64,000 bases of DNA from contig OZ286459.1 of NCBI GenBank assembly GCA_965644265.1, positions 42,904,001 through 42,968,000 of the forward strand, in the 5' to 3' direction. The DNA is from Glycera tridactyla. Taxonomy: Eukaryota. The position numbers and the translations under genes are program-made. This document shows, piece by piece, positions 51,070-64,000 of the stretch (positions are counted from its first letter, which is position 1; the number at the start of each line of letters is the position of its first letter). The notes below the pieces were generated by a model. It did no database searches and was not told the DNA's origin. It saw only the letters and a list, made by a program, of their open reading frames with translations.

Positions 51070-51564
51070 TATTGGTATCCAATTGCTGTTAGCGATTTGA
51101 GTGTTATGGCTACCTAACCCCATCCCCCCGTTGGTTGGGTGGGTGAAAGAAATGATGGTTTCCGGACAATAACTTCATAAATTTCAGGGCTTGCTGTCTC
51201 AAACTTTGTGTACCTCCTTTCCTAGACTATGGATTTACATCTTGAATTTCAAGGTCACTGAGTGCAAAATGGTTTCCGGACAATAACTTCATGAGTTTCA
51301 GGGGTAGCCTTCTCAAACTTGGTGTACAGCCTCTCATAGACTATGGCAACACACCCATTAATTTTTCAGTGGCCATCTTCAATTTCAAGGTCATTTAATG
51401 TATACGAGTAGTGAATAATTACAAAGTCTGGGGGAGACATATTGAGTGAGGAGGTGCCTCACTAAAATTCTAGTTTGCTTTGTGAGAAGCAGGTGACACA
51501 AAAAGAGGGGAACCAACTGTACATTTGCCTGGTCATTTGACTGTATTCACCATGTGTGTTGCAG

Positions 51565-51681
51565 AGGCGTCATTCTACCGGGATAGTGGCGACTTCACAT
51601 GTCTGGATGGATCAGAAACAATACCATTCCAATATATAAATGATGATTACTGTGATTGCCCAGATGCATCAGACGAACCAG
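51565..51681 (+). CDS. PRKCSH: Glucosidase II beta subunit, exon 2 (KASFYRDSGDFTCLDGSETIPFQYINDDYCDCPDASDEPG)
   Basis: TTGCAG acceptor and G|GTAAGT donor; phases match exons 1 and 3. FTCLDGS..IPF..INDDYCDC.D.SDEPG is the diagnostic LDLa-like PRKCSH segment. Confidence 0.96.
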
Positions 51682-51820
51682 GTAAGTTCCATTGTCATGC
51701 TGGTTGTATAATATATAATGCCTGTTCCCAGCTAGTATCACCCTCACAGCAGGGGAAGCTAATACTAACAGTGGGCAGGGGAACCTTTGGACAGCAAAAC
51801 TAAAAATCAATCTGCCTTGA

Positions 51821-52596
51821 CAGGGTTTTCCCTAGCCACCTGCAGCCGGCAACTGCGTCCGGCTATAATTAAAACCGACCGGCTTCAATTTCAGAAGACT
51901 GAAACAGCCGGACGCACAAATTTGACAGATGGGCTGATGTAATCGGCAGTTTCTTGGTCAGTCAGATCATGGGATGTGGACTAGTCGTGCAATCTGGGCC
52001 TCTTGGCCGGGCAAGTTGTTTATGTAACACAGTTTAGGCAGCAGCTCACTTCCCTTGAGTTAGTGCAGACTATCTCTTCCTGTCTGAGACAACATTTAAT
52101 GAAGCCACTGTTTACATTTTGTTGTCAGCTGCCCCCCCCCCCCCATTGATGTTGCTGAGCAATGTACTGTTTTGTGTGTTTGATTTGGGCTAGTCTGAAC
52201 TTGTCTCTATGCATTTCTTTCAAAGTTTCCAATAGCACTTCACTCAGAAAATTTAGCAATTGAACCAAAATTGACCACAGATACTGCATCTTTCTTCAGC
52301 AGACTATATTAGATATTCATGAAATTGGGTCAAAACATTAAATTGGAAGAGCAATTAAACTTTCATCTACTCATTAGTATCACTATCTCACTGGGCTGGG
52401 GTTTCTTCTCCAGAAACCAAAAAACTCCTTTTTAAAGTTCTAAACAGCCACCAATAAAAAGTGCCACCTAAAGGCAGAATTGAGAACCAAAGAAAAAAAT
52501 CGCCATCTGGTGTCAAATTGAGGAACCGACTTCGGTGCCGCCATCTGGTCGACGAAAATTGCAGCCGGCTGTGATTTTTTTCTGGGGAAAACCCTG
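51821..52596. mobile_element. hAT-like MITE with 5-bp TSD
   Basis: 15-bp TIR CAGGGTTTTCCC(T/C)AG; CTTGA on both flanks; subterminal AGCCGG motifs. Confidence 0.75.
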
Positions 52597-52944
52597 CTTG
52601 AGCTGTATTCATCACATTTTTATACCCATTCATCAGCTTGATAAAAGCAAAAGCCATCTGCTAGTGAGGCAAATAATGTCTTGGGTAGGTTTGTGGCGAC
52701 TGCTCCTTGTCCAGGGCAGACAATAAACAGACGGCAGTGATCTGACAATTCCACATCTGCTAAATAAACAAAACATGGCAAACATAATGCAACATTCTCC
52801 TGTGGAGAAGACATGAGCTCATTCATTCATGAGCCTATCTTTCCTGTCCTCTGATGGAAATCCATTCTTCACACTTCAAACCAAGATTAAAATTCTATAT
52901 TGATCAACTCTGGCCAAAAATATGAAGTGTGTGCATGCTGACTG

Positions 52945-53135
52945 GGATATCAAATGCCGGCCATGTGTTTGGGAGTCTATTCCTGTATGCATGTAAAAGA
53001 ACTACTGCTGTTCTTCATGAAGAGTAAGAGATTGCCCCTGGCAGTGGTGCCTCATTTCTTCAGCATTTATGGGTTTTCAGTGTGATATGCCCCAAGAATG
53101 TTGAAAGGATGTTAAACCCAAACAAAGAAATGAAC
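52945..53135 (+). mobile_element. SINE-like repeat, second family; relative at 7328-7475
   Basis: Shared ATCAAATGCCGGC...GTCTATTCCTGTATGC...GGATG.TAAAC. Confidence 0.55.
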
Positions 53136-53515
53136 AAACAACCATCAAACATCTCAGATGTTTGGAACAAGTTCCGTTTAGGTCTCTGGGCCTAGATTAT
53201 CCATGCGTGCCGTCTCTATAGGATGGATCTGACCTGTAAGGTCTGATCATTCCTCCATCATGGAAGTTCAAACATGATAGGAGATGTGAGATGACTTGTA
53301 CGACTTGTCATATGATATACATGTACATCAAATGACTTGTTTTGATCATAGAAATGTGACTGATTTCCGCCACTAAACATTGGTTGAGAATGATCACTGT
53401 GATAAAAGCTCAGGTGCATGTTGAAGTTTCTGTTCTTTATCACTGATATTCCAGACTGGTGACATCACCAATGCACTAGGTGGTATTGTACATTTGTTTT
53501 ACTCTGTGTTTGTAG

Positions 53516-53611
53516 GGACGTCAGCTTGCCCAAATGGATCATTCCACTGTACAAATGCAGGCCACAAGCCTCAGTATATACCATCATCCCATGTCAATGA
53601 TGGCATTTGTG
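53516..53611 (+). CDS. PRKCSH: Glucosidase II beta subunit, exon 3 ([32 protein letters not shown])
   Basis: TTTGTAG acceptor, G|GTGAGT donor, phase 1-1. Closely matches the PRKCSH consensus [26 protein letters not shown]. Not listed in the ORF track. Confidence 0.96.
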
Positions 53612-54711
53612 GTGAGTAGACATCGTCTAGTTTGTTGTATGTAGAACGAGAACCTATTGTGCTTGATGGAATTTTTCATATGTAATTAGGTGGGGGTTGT
53701 GATTGTATTGGTCAGATGTGAGCTTTGTGCAAACTCCCCTCAGGGTTTGTGAGAGTGATGTCTGCAGGGAACAGAACATCTAGCTTTCGTTGACCAGGAA
53801 CACACAGCATACATAACCCTAGTGTCATGCCGTTAAGCCTCAAACAAACAGACAGCCCCAAATCCTGAAATTATAGTTTTTGGTTGGGAGCTTTTTTTCT
53901 CTCTAAAAGATATGAGAAATTCCGCAATGGCTGCCGTTGGATCTTGATCACAATGGCAGGCATTGTGAACTAAGATGGATGCCAAAATTCCTCACTTATT
54001 CCGGATCCTGGACCGACCTCTCAATGAGACGCATTTCAGTGCATTTGAAGTTCCGTATGATTATTCACCAAGGAATGAACAAAATCTGGCAAGATGGATG
54101 AGCCTGAATTCAGATTAGATTGGCCATTCATGGTTGCTTATTGCCATCATTCTGGTCCTACTGATGTGAAAGTCAACAGATTCTCTGGCATAGAAAATGG
54201 CGGGAAGAATCGTCTGGGGCTGGAACGTGTAAGAAATTTATGGAAATTTGTTCTCAAATCTGTCTGTCTGGGTCCAAACTCCTGTTTCTCTAGTTGCAAA
54301 GGGAGTGTGATTCCCCTATGTTGCCCCAATTTGCTCAGAATGGCTCTATTATTAGGTCCCGTACACATCGGCTTGTTGATCCAATTTGATACCCATCTGT
54401 ATATCGGATGGAATGACACATGCTTATGGCAGGTTTCAGTGAGATAATATGGCCATCCTTGATATCATGCTTTAGAGTTGAGTTTGTGAATTAATGACAA
54501 CTAGTGCTCAGTCTCAGTTTCAAAAGTGAAGATTGATGTATCAGACTCAGTAGCAAGTGATGTTTGATGAATTGATCCCAATCCAGACTCATCTGACTGA
54601 TATTGCACTGCCAAAAATGTACCATAAATGTACCTGTATCTTGATGGAATTAACTGCCGAAAATTAACTGAATGATATATTAATGGTTATTTTCTGTTTT
54701 TCCTGGGACAG

Positions 54712-54769
54712 ATTGTTGTGATGGAGCAGATGAATTCGACACCAATGCACAGTGTATCAATAATTGCAG
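54712..54769 (+). CDS. PRKCSH: Glucosidase II beta subunit, exon 4 (DCCDGADEFDTNAQCINNCR)
   Basis: GACAG acceptor, AG|GTAAGA donor, phase 1-2. Carries the DCCDG.DE....C.N.C motif. Confidence 0.94.
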
Positions 54770-55747
54770 GTAAGAAAATGTGCTCGAGGCCAGCATTTCC
54801 TTCTTCGAAAGTCTTGAGAGTATTCCATTACAAAATCCTGTGGAGGGCTGTGTGTGTGATTTCTCGGTCAGGGGTCCAGAAGATTTAGCATTGAACCCCC
54901 TGTATTCGGATCTCTTCTCTCTGGGTGGGAAAGGGCAGGGGTAAAAAAGTATAGTTTCCAGGTCACTATGGTTTGAAGTTATCTTTCATTTTTATGCAAT
55001 TTCTTGCAACTTCTATTGTGCACCACATAGGTAGGGGTAAAGTTCACATATGCTGTGGCAGCCATCATAGATTTCCGAGTTAAAAATTGAGCCTCAATCG
55101 CCATCTGTTATTTTTGGATGATTTTTCGAAACTGAAGTGTATCAGCTCCACACTTGATACAGAGTATCCTACTAGCAAGCCAAAGAAATGGATCAATTGC
55201 AGTGTTTGCGCTCTGGCCAAAAATTTCGGAGTCCCGGGGACTCCGAGAATCTCCAATTTTGGAGTCCCCCCCCCCCCCCCCCCCCCCCGGAGATGACCTA
55301 ATGATATTGATGTTCTCCGGAAATCAGAAGTGGCTCATTGTTTTCATAAGAGTCAGTCTGTTTATGTTGGTGGGAGGCAAGGAGGGCTAATCTCTTGCCC
55401 CTCAAATTTGATGGTAGAGGGTATTCGATTACCACCCACAACTAACCATTACTTGACAGCTTCTGTCTTGGAGGTCAAACAGATATTTGAAGTAGTGGCA
55501 ACAAATTTTTTCATAGGTGTGAAATTCATATGGACCCTGAAACATACATTTCTGTTTCCTCTAGTGTCATGTTTTCTTATTTTCAGTCAGTGTTCAAAGC
55601 ATATTATTCCAGGAAAGAGATAATAATAGTAGTATCTGCATGATATTATCACTGTCACAAATGCGCCCAGTGGAAGTTCGTGAATCCTGCAAAATGGGTT
55701 TACGCACTTTTCAGGAAATTTGGTCATGGGCCACTTTCATCACTGCT

Positions 55748-56050
55748 GACCACCCACCCACCTATTGATCCACCCACCTAGCCAGCTACTTACCCACCAA
55801 CCTTACCAATCGACCTACCAACTGACCTACCTACCCACCCTCCGACCTACCTACCAAACCACCGACCTACCTACCCACCCCATCGACCCACCTACAAATC
55901 TACTAACTGACCCACTCACCAACCTACCCACTGATTCACACACCTACCTAAACACCATCCCACCCACCACCACCACCGCTCACACCTGCCATCACACCCA
56001 CCCACCACTGAGCCACCACCAAGACCACCACTCACATCCACTACCACTCA
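55748..56050. repeat. Degenerate (CCTA/CCCA)n tract; a similar tract lies at 39730-40490 on the other strand
   Basis: Direct reading. Confidence 0.85.
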
Positions 56051-56802
56051 CTAACGTTTTTGGTAGCCAGAAGAACAAATTCCTGGTTGACAGGACCTTT
56101 TCCAGTAGCCAGTTGCGACCATCCCTCCTTTAGGAATCTGGGGGCTGCGGTCCTTGGTGCGAGTCACGAGCGGACCACCCGTGGGATTGACGATTGCATT
56201 ATGTCCAAGTACAACGAATGTTGACGCGACTGGTAAAAGTTTGTCGAATCGCCGTCTTTCGCACTCTGCCATGATTTAGTGGTTTCTTTCATAACATGAT
56301 GTATTCTCGCATCACATTAATGGTGAATGGGGTGTATTTCGCCAGATAACCGTCTTAATAGAGATGCCAGCCGCAATTTATCAGCCTGGCTTCAGGCGGG
56401 AAACCCCATCATTGATATAATTTATGCGCAGCTTCTTGCGCACCATATTCCCTACAACCCCGGTCCCGTGTCTTATTTTTCACTCTATATCATGTTTATG
56501 TGCTGCGATCTCTCAGGGGATAAGGTTTGTTGTTGGAGGAGACAAGATGGTCGTTGCCATAATTACGTTTGCATCATGAGTTGACTGTCAATAAAAGTCG
56601 TTTGCGACCTGGTTTTTTCTCTCGCATTGATCATATTTGTCATCAGAATGTCCGTCCCGGGGCCGCCAGCGTGTGCAAATATTGGCGGATTCTGTCAATC
56701 ATCGACGTAATTTGCTATTGGGACTGCGGTTTCGAGAACACTGAATTGAAAGTCAGGCTGCTGAAGTATGATTTGGCAGCAAAAATTTCATTTTGAGAGC
56801 CC
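56050..56802 (-). mobile_element. Same family as 4621-5340, copy 2, in PRKCSH intron 4
   Basis: Reverse-complement match, e.g. CCATATTCCCTACAACCC and GGCTGCGGTCCTTGGTGCGAGTCACGAG. Confidence 0.55.
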
Positions 56803-57715
56803 GGTAGTGCTGATTTCGGTTGTTCGATAGTCACCGCATTATCACAGGTTTGTAATCACGCGGCCGTCACACTACTGCAAGAAGTGATACAACTTCCTCT
56901 ATATTCACCATGGCGCAAATATTAGTGCTGCTGGTATCCTACTGCCAATGCCTGTGCAAGGCTGTCCTCTGGGAAGTCGAAGTAGGATTTTCACTTGGCC
57001 ACTCCACCATTTTGACCTGCCATGCTTAATATGATAAGAGGTGGCAGAGTGGTCATGTATTTGGGTGGTCTCTCAAGACAGGTTGTCTCTCATTGGTGGT
57101 ATATTTGACTATGTCAAATAGAGAAGAGCCGTCTCCCATTAGAGGGTGGTCTCTCAAAAGAGGGGTCTCTCAAGACAGGTTTCACTGTATTCGGTTGTGC
57201 CAGTAGGGCAGGTCTTAAAAAAGTATGAGACAGTCATGACTCATGCATCATTGTATTTAAAGTTTCAAAGTTCCAGTCAATATTACATTTATGCAGTTAT
57301 GATCAGTGATTCACATTCATGATTTCCCTTTAAGATGAAAAGGCGTTTAGTGAATGATTAGAAAAAAAAATGGAAATAATTTTAGCAATTCAGAAACATC
57401 TTGTCGATATCAGAAACACCTCATGGAATTAGTTCACCAGTAAAAAATAATGGAATTAGGGAAATGTTCATATATGATGGATGACCACTTTGGCATGAAA
57501 GACGAAACTTACTTCAGCAAATTATTCCTGCAAATCATTCTTTTCCTTAGCATTTGACTTTACTGATCAGCTGTGGCTAAAATGCTAATCTATAGAGGAA
57601 ACCATGCATCCTTCCTGTGTCATACTTATCAAAGTCTGAGTACTTTTGCTGCATTTATTGATTTCTCATGACATTCCTGCACTGGATGACCTATTGGATC
57701 AATTGTTGATTGCAG

Positions 57716-57833
57716 AGAATTGGGAAGAGAAGCTCGTGAAATGGAAGAGAAACAACGCAAGCTGAAGGAGGAGGGTTTTAAAACATTCCAGGAATATAGC
57801 CAGAAAGGACAGGAAGCATACAAAGAAAAACTG
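57716..57833 (+). CDS. PRKCSH: Glucosidase II beta subunit, exon 5 (ELGREAREMEEKQRKLKEEGFKTFQEYSQKGQEAYKEKL); gene continues past the window
   Basis: TTGCAG acceptor, CTG|GTGAGT donor, phase 2-0. Start of the coiled-coil with the E.G...RE......EG pattern. No exon 6 was found before 64000. Confidence 0.9.
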
Positions 57834-58074
57834 GTGAGTCGAATCATTCATAACTCTCTTGTTTTTTTATTGTAGTTCTCTTTTTCTCCCATATTGCTAT
57901 AGTTGGGCTGGATTGGGGTGCAGTAAAATCTGTTGAGCGATAACCTGTGCTAGGTGAAATCCTGTCTAAAGTGCATACCCCACGCTCTGCTCGAACGTTG
58001 TTTCACTATTATTGTCCTGGATTGAGGGAAAACCTGCTAATGCGAAGAACGAAACACCATTTTCGGTCCTTTGG

Positions 58075-58295
58075 AGCTTTCTAACCTGTCGTATGCAAAA
58101 TACGAGTTGACGTGAACTCATTCGTGAGCAGTTCTACACGCCCACAGAGCCTTCCAACCTGTTGTAAGCGAAATACAAAGTTGACATGAACTCACTTGTG
58201 AGCAGTTTTACACGTCCTGTGGAGCATTCCAACCTGTTGTGAGCAAAATGCGAAGTTGAAATCGACTCACCCAAGAGCAGTTCTTCATGAGCAGT
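58075..58295. repeat. ~74-bp tandem repeat, 3 units, inside a TA-MITE-like element
   Basis: AACCTG at 58083, 58156 and 58231, each followed by AGTTGA..ACTCA..GAGCAGTT. Confidence 0.75.
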
Positions 58296-58483
58296 TTCAC
58301 ATGCTCCGCTCGCAAATCCTGAGGCACACTGACCATGTTCACGACTTTCGCAACTCTCTCCCCATCTCCGATGTTGCCCTGGCGAGAAAGATCACTAAAT
58401 GATGTCTGCTCAGCCATATGCCCACAAATTCATCCTCTGGGCATGTGGTCACAGTCGATCCTATCCTGCTTCAAATGAATATA

Positions 58484-58760
58484 TTTATACCCCCGCCCAA
58501 ACGAAGTTTGGAAGGGGGTATACTGGAGTCACTCTGTTGGTTGGTCGGTTGGTCGGTCGGTCGGTTGGTCTGTCCGCAAAAGTTTGTCCCGTTAACTACT
58601 CCCACATTTCTCAAGCTATTGGATTGATACTTGGCATATGTCATCACCATGAAATGTAGATGTGCAAGACACAATTTTCGTGCAGATTGATCCAGTCATT
58701 CCAGAGTTATTTGGGAAAAAAATTTTTTTGGGTATTTTTGTGTTCAGTTGTATCTGTAAG
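58484..58760 (+). mobile_element. HINE/DINE-1-like 5' part
   Basis: TTTATACCCCCG...AGGGGGTATA inverted repeat followed by a (GGTC/GGTT)n microsatellite, the canonical DINE-1/pearl layout. Confidence 0.7.
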
Positions 58761-61594
58761 TTTGGAATTTGAGGCGGCCGGAAATCAACGAGGCTCATTA
58801 AGGCCTCTCACACTGCCCTTGGCTTTCCTTTCATGGTTATGTAACATTCTCCATAATAGACATGGTTTTGTTGCTCTTCTCTATATGACCCCATTTAATC
58901 CTTTGCTCCCTCAACCCCCCCCCCCCACACACACAGTCAAACCTGCTCAAGAGACCACCTCTCTATAAAGACCACCAGACTATAAAGGCCACCTGAGCTA
59001 CCACAGCTGCGACTGTAATAATAATCTCAACAGTAAATGGCCTCTATGAAATCCACCTGTCTGAAAAGGCCACTTTTTGGTTTGACAGGTTTGCTGTCCC
59101 TCGGCCATATTGCATACAGTCTGTGTCAAAGTGGCGGCGGGGGTATTTTTAGTCACCTCTGTGACAAAGCTCTAGTTTTGGGAATGGCCACATCAACTGA
59201 TCTCGTTCATCAGGATTGTCTTCCTCCGGTATGATTTCCCAAAAATATTGATCGATATCCTTCTCATGATCAAAATGAATAATGCAGTCGCGAGATGTCA
59301 ACAATATGCACAGAAGACAATTTCTAGAGCATCTTGGCTGTGCTGCTATCGAACCACGAGGAAGCTGAATTTGTGAATGAATTTATCATGTTCGCACATG
59401 TAATCACAGTTATGGGGAGTTGTCAGGTTTTTCCTTGTGAGAAGTCAGTCTACTGGTCTAGCATCAGTGAGCATGCGGGTGCAAATCATCAGACAATAGG
59501 CTTTATTCTTCTCCAGTAAAGCGTGAAGCTGTGAGTCATTCTTTCTTACGTGGTTATTATGGCCCATGTGAAAATTCTGTCCTAAGAAAATTCCTGTCTT
59601 GAGTGAAAGAGAAATTTAGTCCCATGACTTCACATAAGACAGGTTTTACTGTACATATTCTGATATTTGTTATGAAGAGAAATTGATTTTATTGTTTGAA
59701 TTTCTCTGTTTTTCATTTTCGGTCATTTTGGTTAAGTTAAGTTTCTTCAAAAGAAACTGCATTAACATAGATATAAACAGAGCTGCTAGGAGGAGGCACT
59801 CATCATGGGAAGATGTGCCAATAGTTCCGAACTATTTCTCCATGCTGATGATGCAGCATGTAGCTTCAAGTGGACATGCTAAATATCAGAAGTACTGACC
59901 AAAGATCCCACCCTCTGTCACTGTCCAGACACTGCTAGATAGCTGGAATGAACCATTGATATAACCTCACCTCCTCTGTGTGAAAGTTTCAGAGAATACA
60001 GTCTACTCTCACATGTCATGATGCAAGTCTGTTGTCATCTCCAAGAAAGATGGCGGACAATCATCAATACAAGGCTAGAATTTATCCATTCAGTCCAAAT
60101 TTATCTGAATGGCAAGATTCACACAGCACTTGAAAACTTCTTGAAATTTGGACAGACTCTTTGAGAACTCTGTGAATCCATAATCCTGCAATCATACTTA
60201 AAAAGCACTTGAATTTGGTGAAATACTATTTGAAAACAAGCCCTACTACTTGAATTCAAGCGACCTGACCTATATCTAATTCAGTTGGGGTTAATCCCTG
60301 ATAGCCCAAATTTCTTTGAATGTTCAATGAGAAATGTGTACATACAGGAAACTCTGTCAGTGACTCAATTTTGTTATTATTGGACTAAGGATTTCAGAGA
60401 TTACCCAAATGTATGTGAAAATTGCCTTATGCTGGTGGCCCAATAAAGTTGAGCAAATAACAGATAATATGAGAGGACTGTGCCTTGCAGGACTAGATGT
60501 GTATCGATTTTGTGAGTAAGGGCGCGTCCTGTCTCACTTTACTTTAGATTTGCGGATCCCATCTTGAAAGGATGTGCATCATAGTCTCATCGTGAGGATA
60601 ATGAGATAATACACACAGGTGCTGGTGGTATAAGTGGCAGCAGTGGAGTAATGTAGCCGTTGCCTGTATTTTTCAGCACTTTGAAGGTGACCGGGAACTA
60701 TGCCATTGATCATTGTCAACATCACTCTTCTCAGTAAAAGTCAATCTCCATATTTTCAGCTTTTGTGTTTGTTCAGCTTAGAGCCAGATTTTTAGACAGC
60801 CATTTGGCATATTATTAACGACCGTTTTTCAGCTTGACCATGCATAGTCGCTATGGAGAATTCTTCCTGTAAATCTGTTCACAATGAAATATGCAAGTTG
60901 GATCATTTTGTCCTTAGATGTCATGCATGGGTTTTTCAGTGAATACATGTGCATGCACCTGGATATTCCTAGGCTGTGACTTTGTGCCCTGGGCACATTA
61001 ATTGACCTATTTGAGCATAGTTCATGAAGAAATGTGCTCAGTTCCGAAAATGTACTTCACAAACAATCCTGATTGCAGTCGGTCCATTTCTTGTTTGTGC
61101 AATTTCATTCCTGGGGCACATCAAATCTGGTCAGGGCACATAGAAGTCTGTGGGATCTTCCTTTTTGGCACACAGACGTATCTGTATGCAAATCAAGAAC
61201 GCTTACTATGAAATCATGGAAGAATCATGGAATTGAGAAAGACCCTTTTAAACCACAGAAAAAAAAAAGAATTTGATTTATTGTCCAGTATAGAATCATC
61301 TCAGGATAATGATATCCGTTATCCAGATGTTGATGTAGCCAACATTTCTATCCAAAGAATTAGTCATTTGTCAAAAATCTTGTGATCTATCTGGTGTTGG
61401 TCATATTTTGCAGGGAGATACAATTGATGAATAGCTGCATGAAATGCCCTGAAATCTCTTGACATAGAGCAAAGATTTCTTGTCATCTAATGCGATCAGA
61501 AATGCTATATTGGGGTAGCTTCTGGTAGAGAAATGTAAAATTTGGTTCGGGGATTGTATGAAGAAGTATGAATTTGGTTTTGAATGATCCGTAT

Positions 61595-62892
61595 TTTTGG
61601 CACGCATGCGGAGCAAAATGCGTGTCTATGTAATGGCGCAGATTCCGGCCGTCCGGCCGTTTGGCCGTGTGGCGTAAACTTCCTGGTTAAAGTTTTTGGT
61701 TAAAGTTTTTCTTTGAGCTACTACTCTGTAACTAATCGAGCAATATTTCTGAAATTTTGCAATCATGAAGATCATGAGCGGCAAAATACTGGGTATCAAT
61801 ATCGTTCCAATGACTTTCATGGAAGATGAGTTATTCAGGCTGGAATCCTGAATTTTAAAGCAACTTTCTACCAGCAGAATAGGAAAGAGTGGACTATATG
61901 ATGTCTATTACCGAGGCTGTTATGTAATGACACTGCCGGTCCTCTGAATGGAGCCTTGTCACATTTCGTCCTCGGTTATATAACTGTCTTTGCACCAAGT
62001 GGAGTCTTTTCACATATCAGCAGAGCTGTCTGATCTCTTGATTAAACTGTGGTGGGCAGGGCAGGGGGTGGGGGCAGCAGCGAGTGGCCATGGGATGTGG
62101 TGGGGGGGGGGGGGGGGGGGGGTGGTGGCAGTTGGAGCAGGATTGATTGCACCTGGGTTGAGGGGGGGGGGGCTAGGACAGTGAGAGGGGCAATGGCAGG
62201 GGCGGAAGGAGCCTATCAAATACCTGTGACCTTGACCTTCATTTTCAAGGTCATGACCTTGACTTTGAAAACTTCAAGCTACATCCATCAAATTTTGCCA
62301 GATATGCACCAATGAATGGGGGACAATCCCATCGAATGTGGTTGACCTCAACTTTCACCTTCAAGGTCATGACCTTGACATTCAAAATATTTTGTTACTC
62401 CAATAACATGAGAACGCTTGGAGCTACATTCACCAGATTCACACCATATATGCACCACTGAAAGCAAAAGAAGCCTATCAAATGTCAGTGACCTTGACCT
62501 TCATCTTTCAGGTCATGACCTTGACTTTGAAAACTTCAAGCTACATCCATCAAATTTCTGCCAGATATGTACCAATGAATGGGGATAATTCCATCAAATG
62601 TGGTTGACCTCATCCTTCACCTTCAAGGTCATGACCTTGACTTTAAAAATACTTTGTTACTCCAATGACATGAGAACGCTTGGAGCTACATTCACCAGAT
62701 TTACACCATATATGCACAATTGAAAGCAAAAGAAGCCCATAAAATGGTGAGTGACCTTGATCTCCATCTCCCAGGTCATGACCTTGTTACTGCAATTACT
62801 TGAGAATGCTTGGAGCAAAAGATTATGCTTGCTAGATTCAGCTGCTTGGATGAATTAGCGGCGCACATGCGTGCCATTTGTGCATTCATGCC
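61595..62892 (+). mobile_element. HINE-like element with 262-bp internal tandem repeats
   Basis: subTIRs GGCACGCATG (61599) / CATGCGTGCC (62866); GCAT-TC-ATGC hairpin plus CTTGTT end; repeat units start at 62211, 62473 and 62735. Confidence 0.65.
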
Positions 62893-64000
62893 TTGTTCCT
62901 ATTTTAGTGGCTATCTTTTTTGATTGAAAACTCCATGAAATAAGCTTGAGGTTTATGAATGCATTGGTTGAAATCGGCTTTGAATAAGGTAATGATACAG
63001 ATAATGGACAAGAACATGAGTAGGCTTATAGAATAAAGATGACTGAAAGACACAATGGATAACAAGGATGATACATTTGTGTATTGATTGGTTCCAAGAT
63101 TATTCTTTTGATACATGGTCTTTGCATACAGTTTTCAGGCAATACAAAAACAATATTTATCGTCACAAAAATATTACATTGACACTCATGAACAATATCC
63201 ACTGTTCAGACAACTCATATATAGCTCAACTTGCTAGAGAGACCACTTCTATACCGAGGCCAATATTTTCTACGGTGTGCGACCTCTCCACAAAGGCTGC
63301 ATGTTTACAAAGACCACTTTTAGGTGTGACCGAAGTTCCACTGTTTATATGTGTAACAATTGCTGGGTGTTAGCATTGGCCCAAAAATATCACTTATGAT
63401 TTAACATGCTCGACCAATCCCATAAATCTAGTCATCAACTGATTTTGATTCCAGTATATACATTTTTGGCATAAGCGTGTATTTTGATTTATGAACCTGG
63501 AAGTTGGAGTGTATACAATCAGGATAAGAGTGCTCAGTCCATCTGTCACTTCCAGCTCCACCCAGTGTCTGTGGGGGAGATCAGATGTTGAGGCTTGGGA
63601 CAGGATCAGCTGATTGACAGTTGTAGCAAATTGTCAACAATCTTGTGTTCGGTTTGTGACCTTGTTGATGGATTGCCAACAATCTGCAGACATACTCGCG
63701 GGCGTGTCTTTGCTTGTCGATGATCTCACCCCTATCAGTTTGTTATGGTCGGCGATAGTGCAGCCACTTGCATCAACAAGTTAACCACCATTTCACAGAA
63801 AAGCGTTTGACTGATCCCCCCCCCCCCGCCCCAGCACATGTGCAGAATAGACATTAGACAAACTTGGTACAATTTAGACCCAGTGGAACTTGTTCTTGAG
63901 GTGCAGGATGTTGCCATGACAGTAGTGTGAACATTAGCTCTCATGATGGCTGCACTTTGAACACCAGCCCTGACTGTTCATCAGACCTGGACCCTTCAAC

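Larger units (their letters stand above)
49701..51472 (+). mobile_element. HINE-like element (gap-interrupted, with nested insertions) in PRKCSH intron 1
   Basis: 5' TATGTCTCCCC with internal IR GGGGAGAC; 3' GGGGAGACATA, AGTGAGG/CCTCACT stem-loop and CTAGTT. Core repeats are homologous to inverted fragments at 8455-8590 and 16440-16660. This could be two separate copies. Confidence 0.55.

Noticed and set aside
57834-64000. PRKCSH exon 6
   Set aside because: No acceptor followed by the expected Lys/Glu-rich coiled-coil sequence was found; it is presumed to lie beyond the window.

Overview
Repeat-dense genomic DNA from an animal, most likely a marine invertebrate. This is inferred from the spliceosomal introns and the Penelope/L2/Gypsy/Academ/Helentron-type repeat complement; the species cannot be fixed from sequence. 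There are four assembly gaps. The only host gene I can support is the 5' half (5 exons, + strand, 48386-57833) of glucosidase II beta subunit (PRKCSH), which continues beyond the window. The rest is a mosaic of transposon relics: a 4.05-kb Academ-like DNA transposon with satellite-built TIRs and a 3-bp TSD, several Helentron-associated (HINE/DINE-1/pearl-like) non-autonomous families (one carrying a young 210-bp tandem array), many TA-flanked Tc1/mariner-type MITEs, hAT-like MITEs with 5-, 6- and 8-bp TSDs, L2/CR1 and Gypsy fragments, and three Penelope relics. One apparently intact minimal hammerhead ribozyme (42828-42863) and two decayed ones are present. Almost all other ORFs in the track are chance, low-complexity or TE-derived. 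I found no convincing new multi-gene system.
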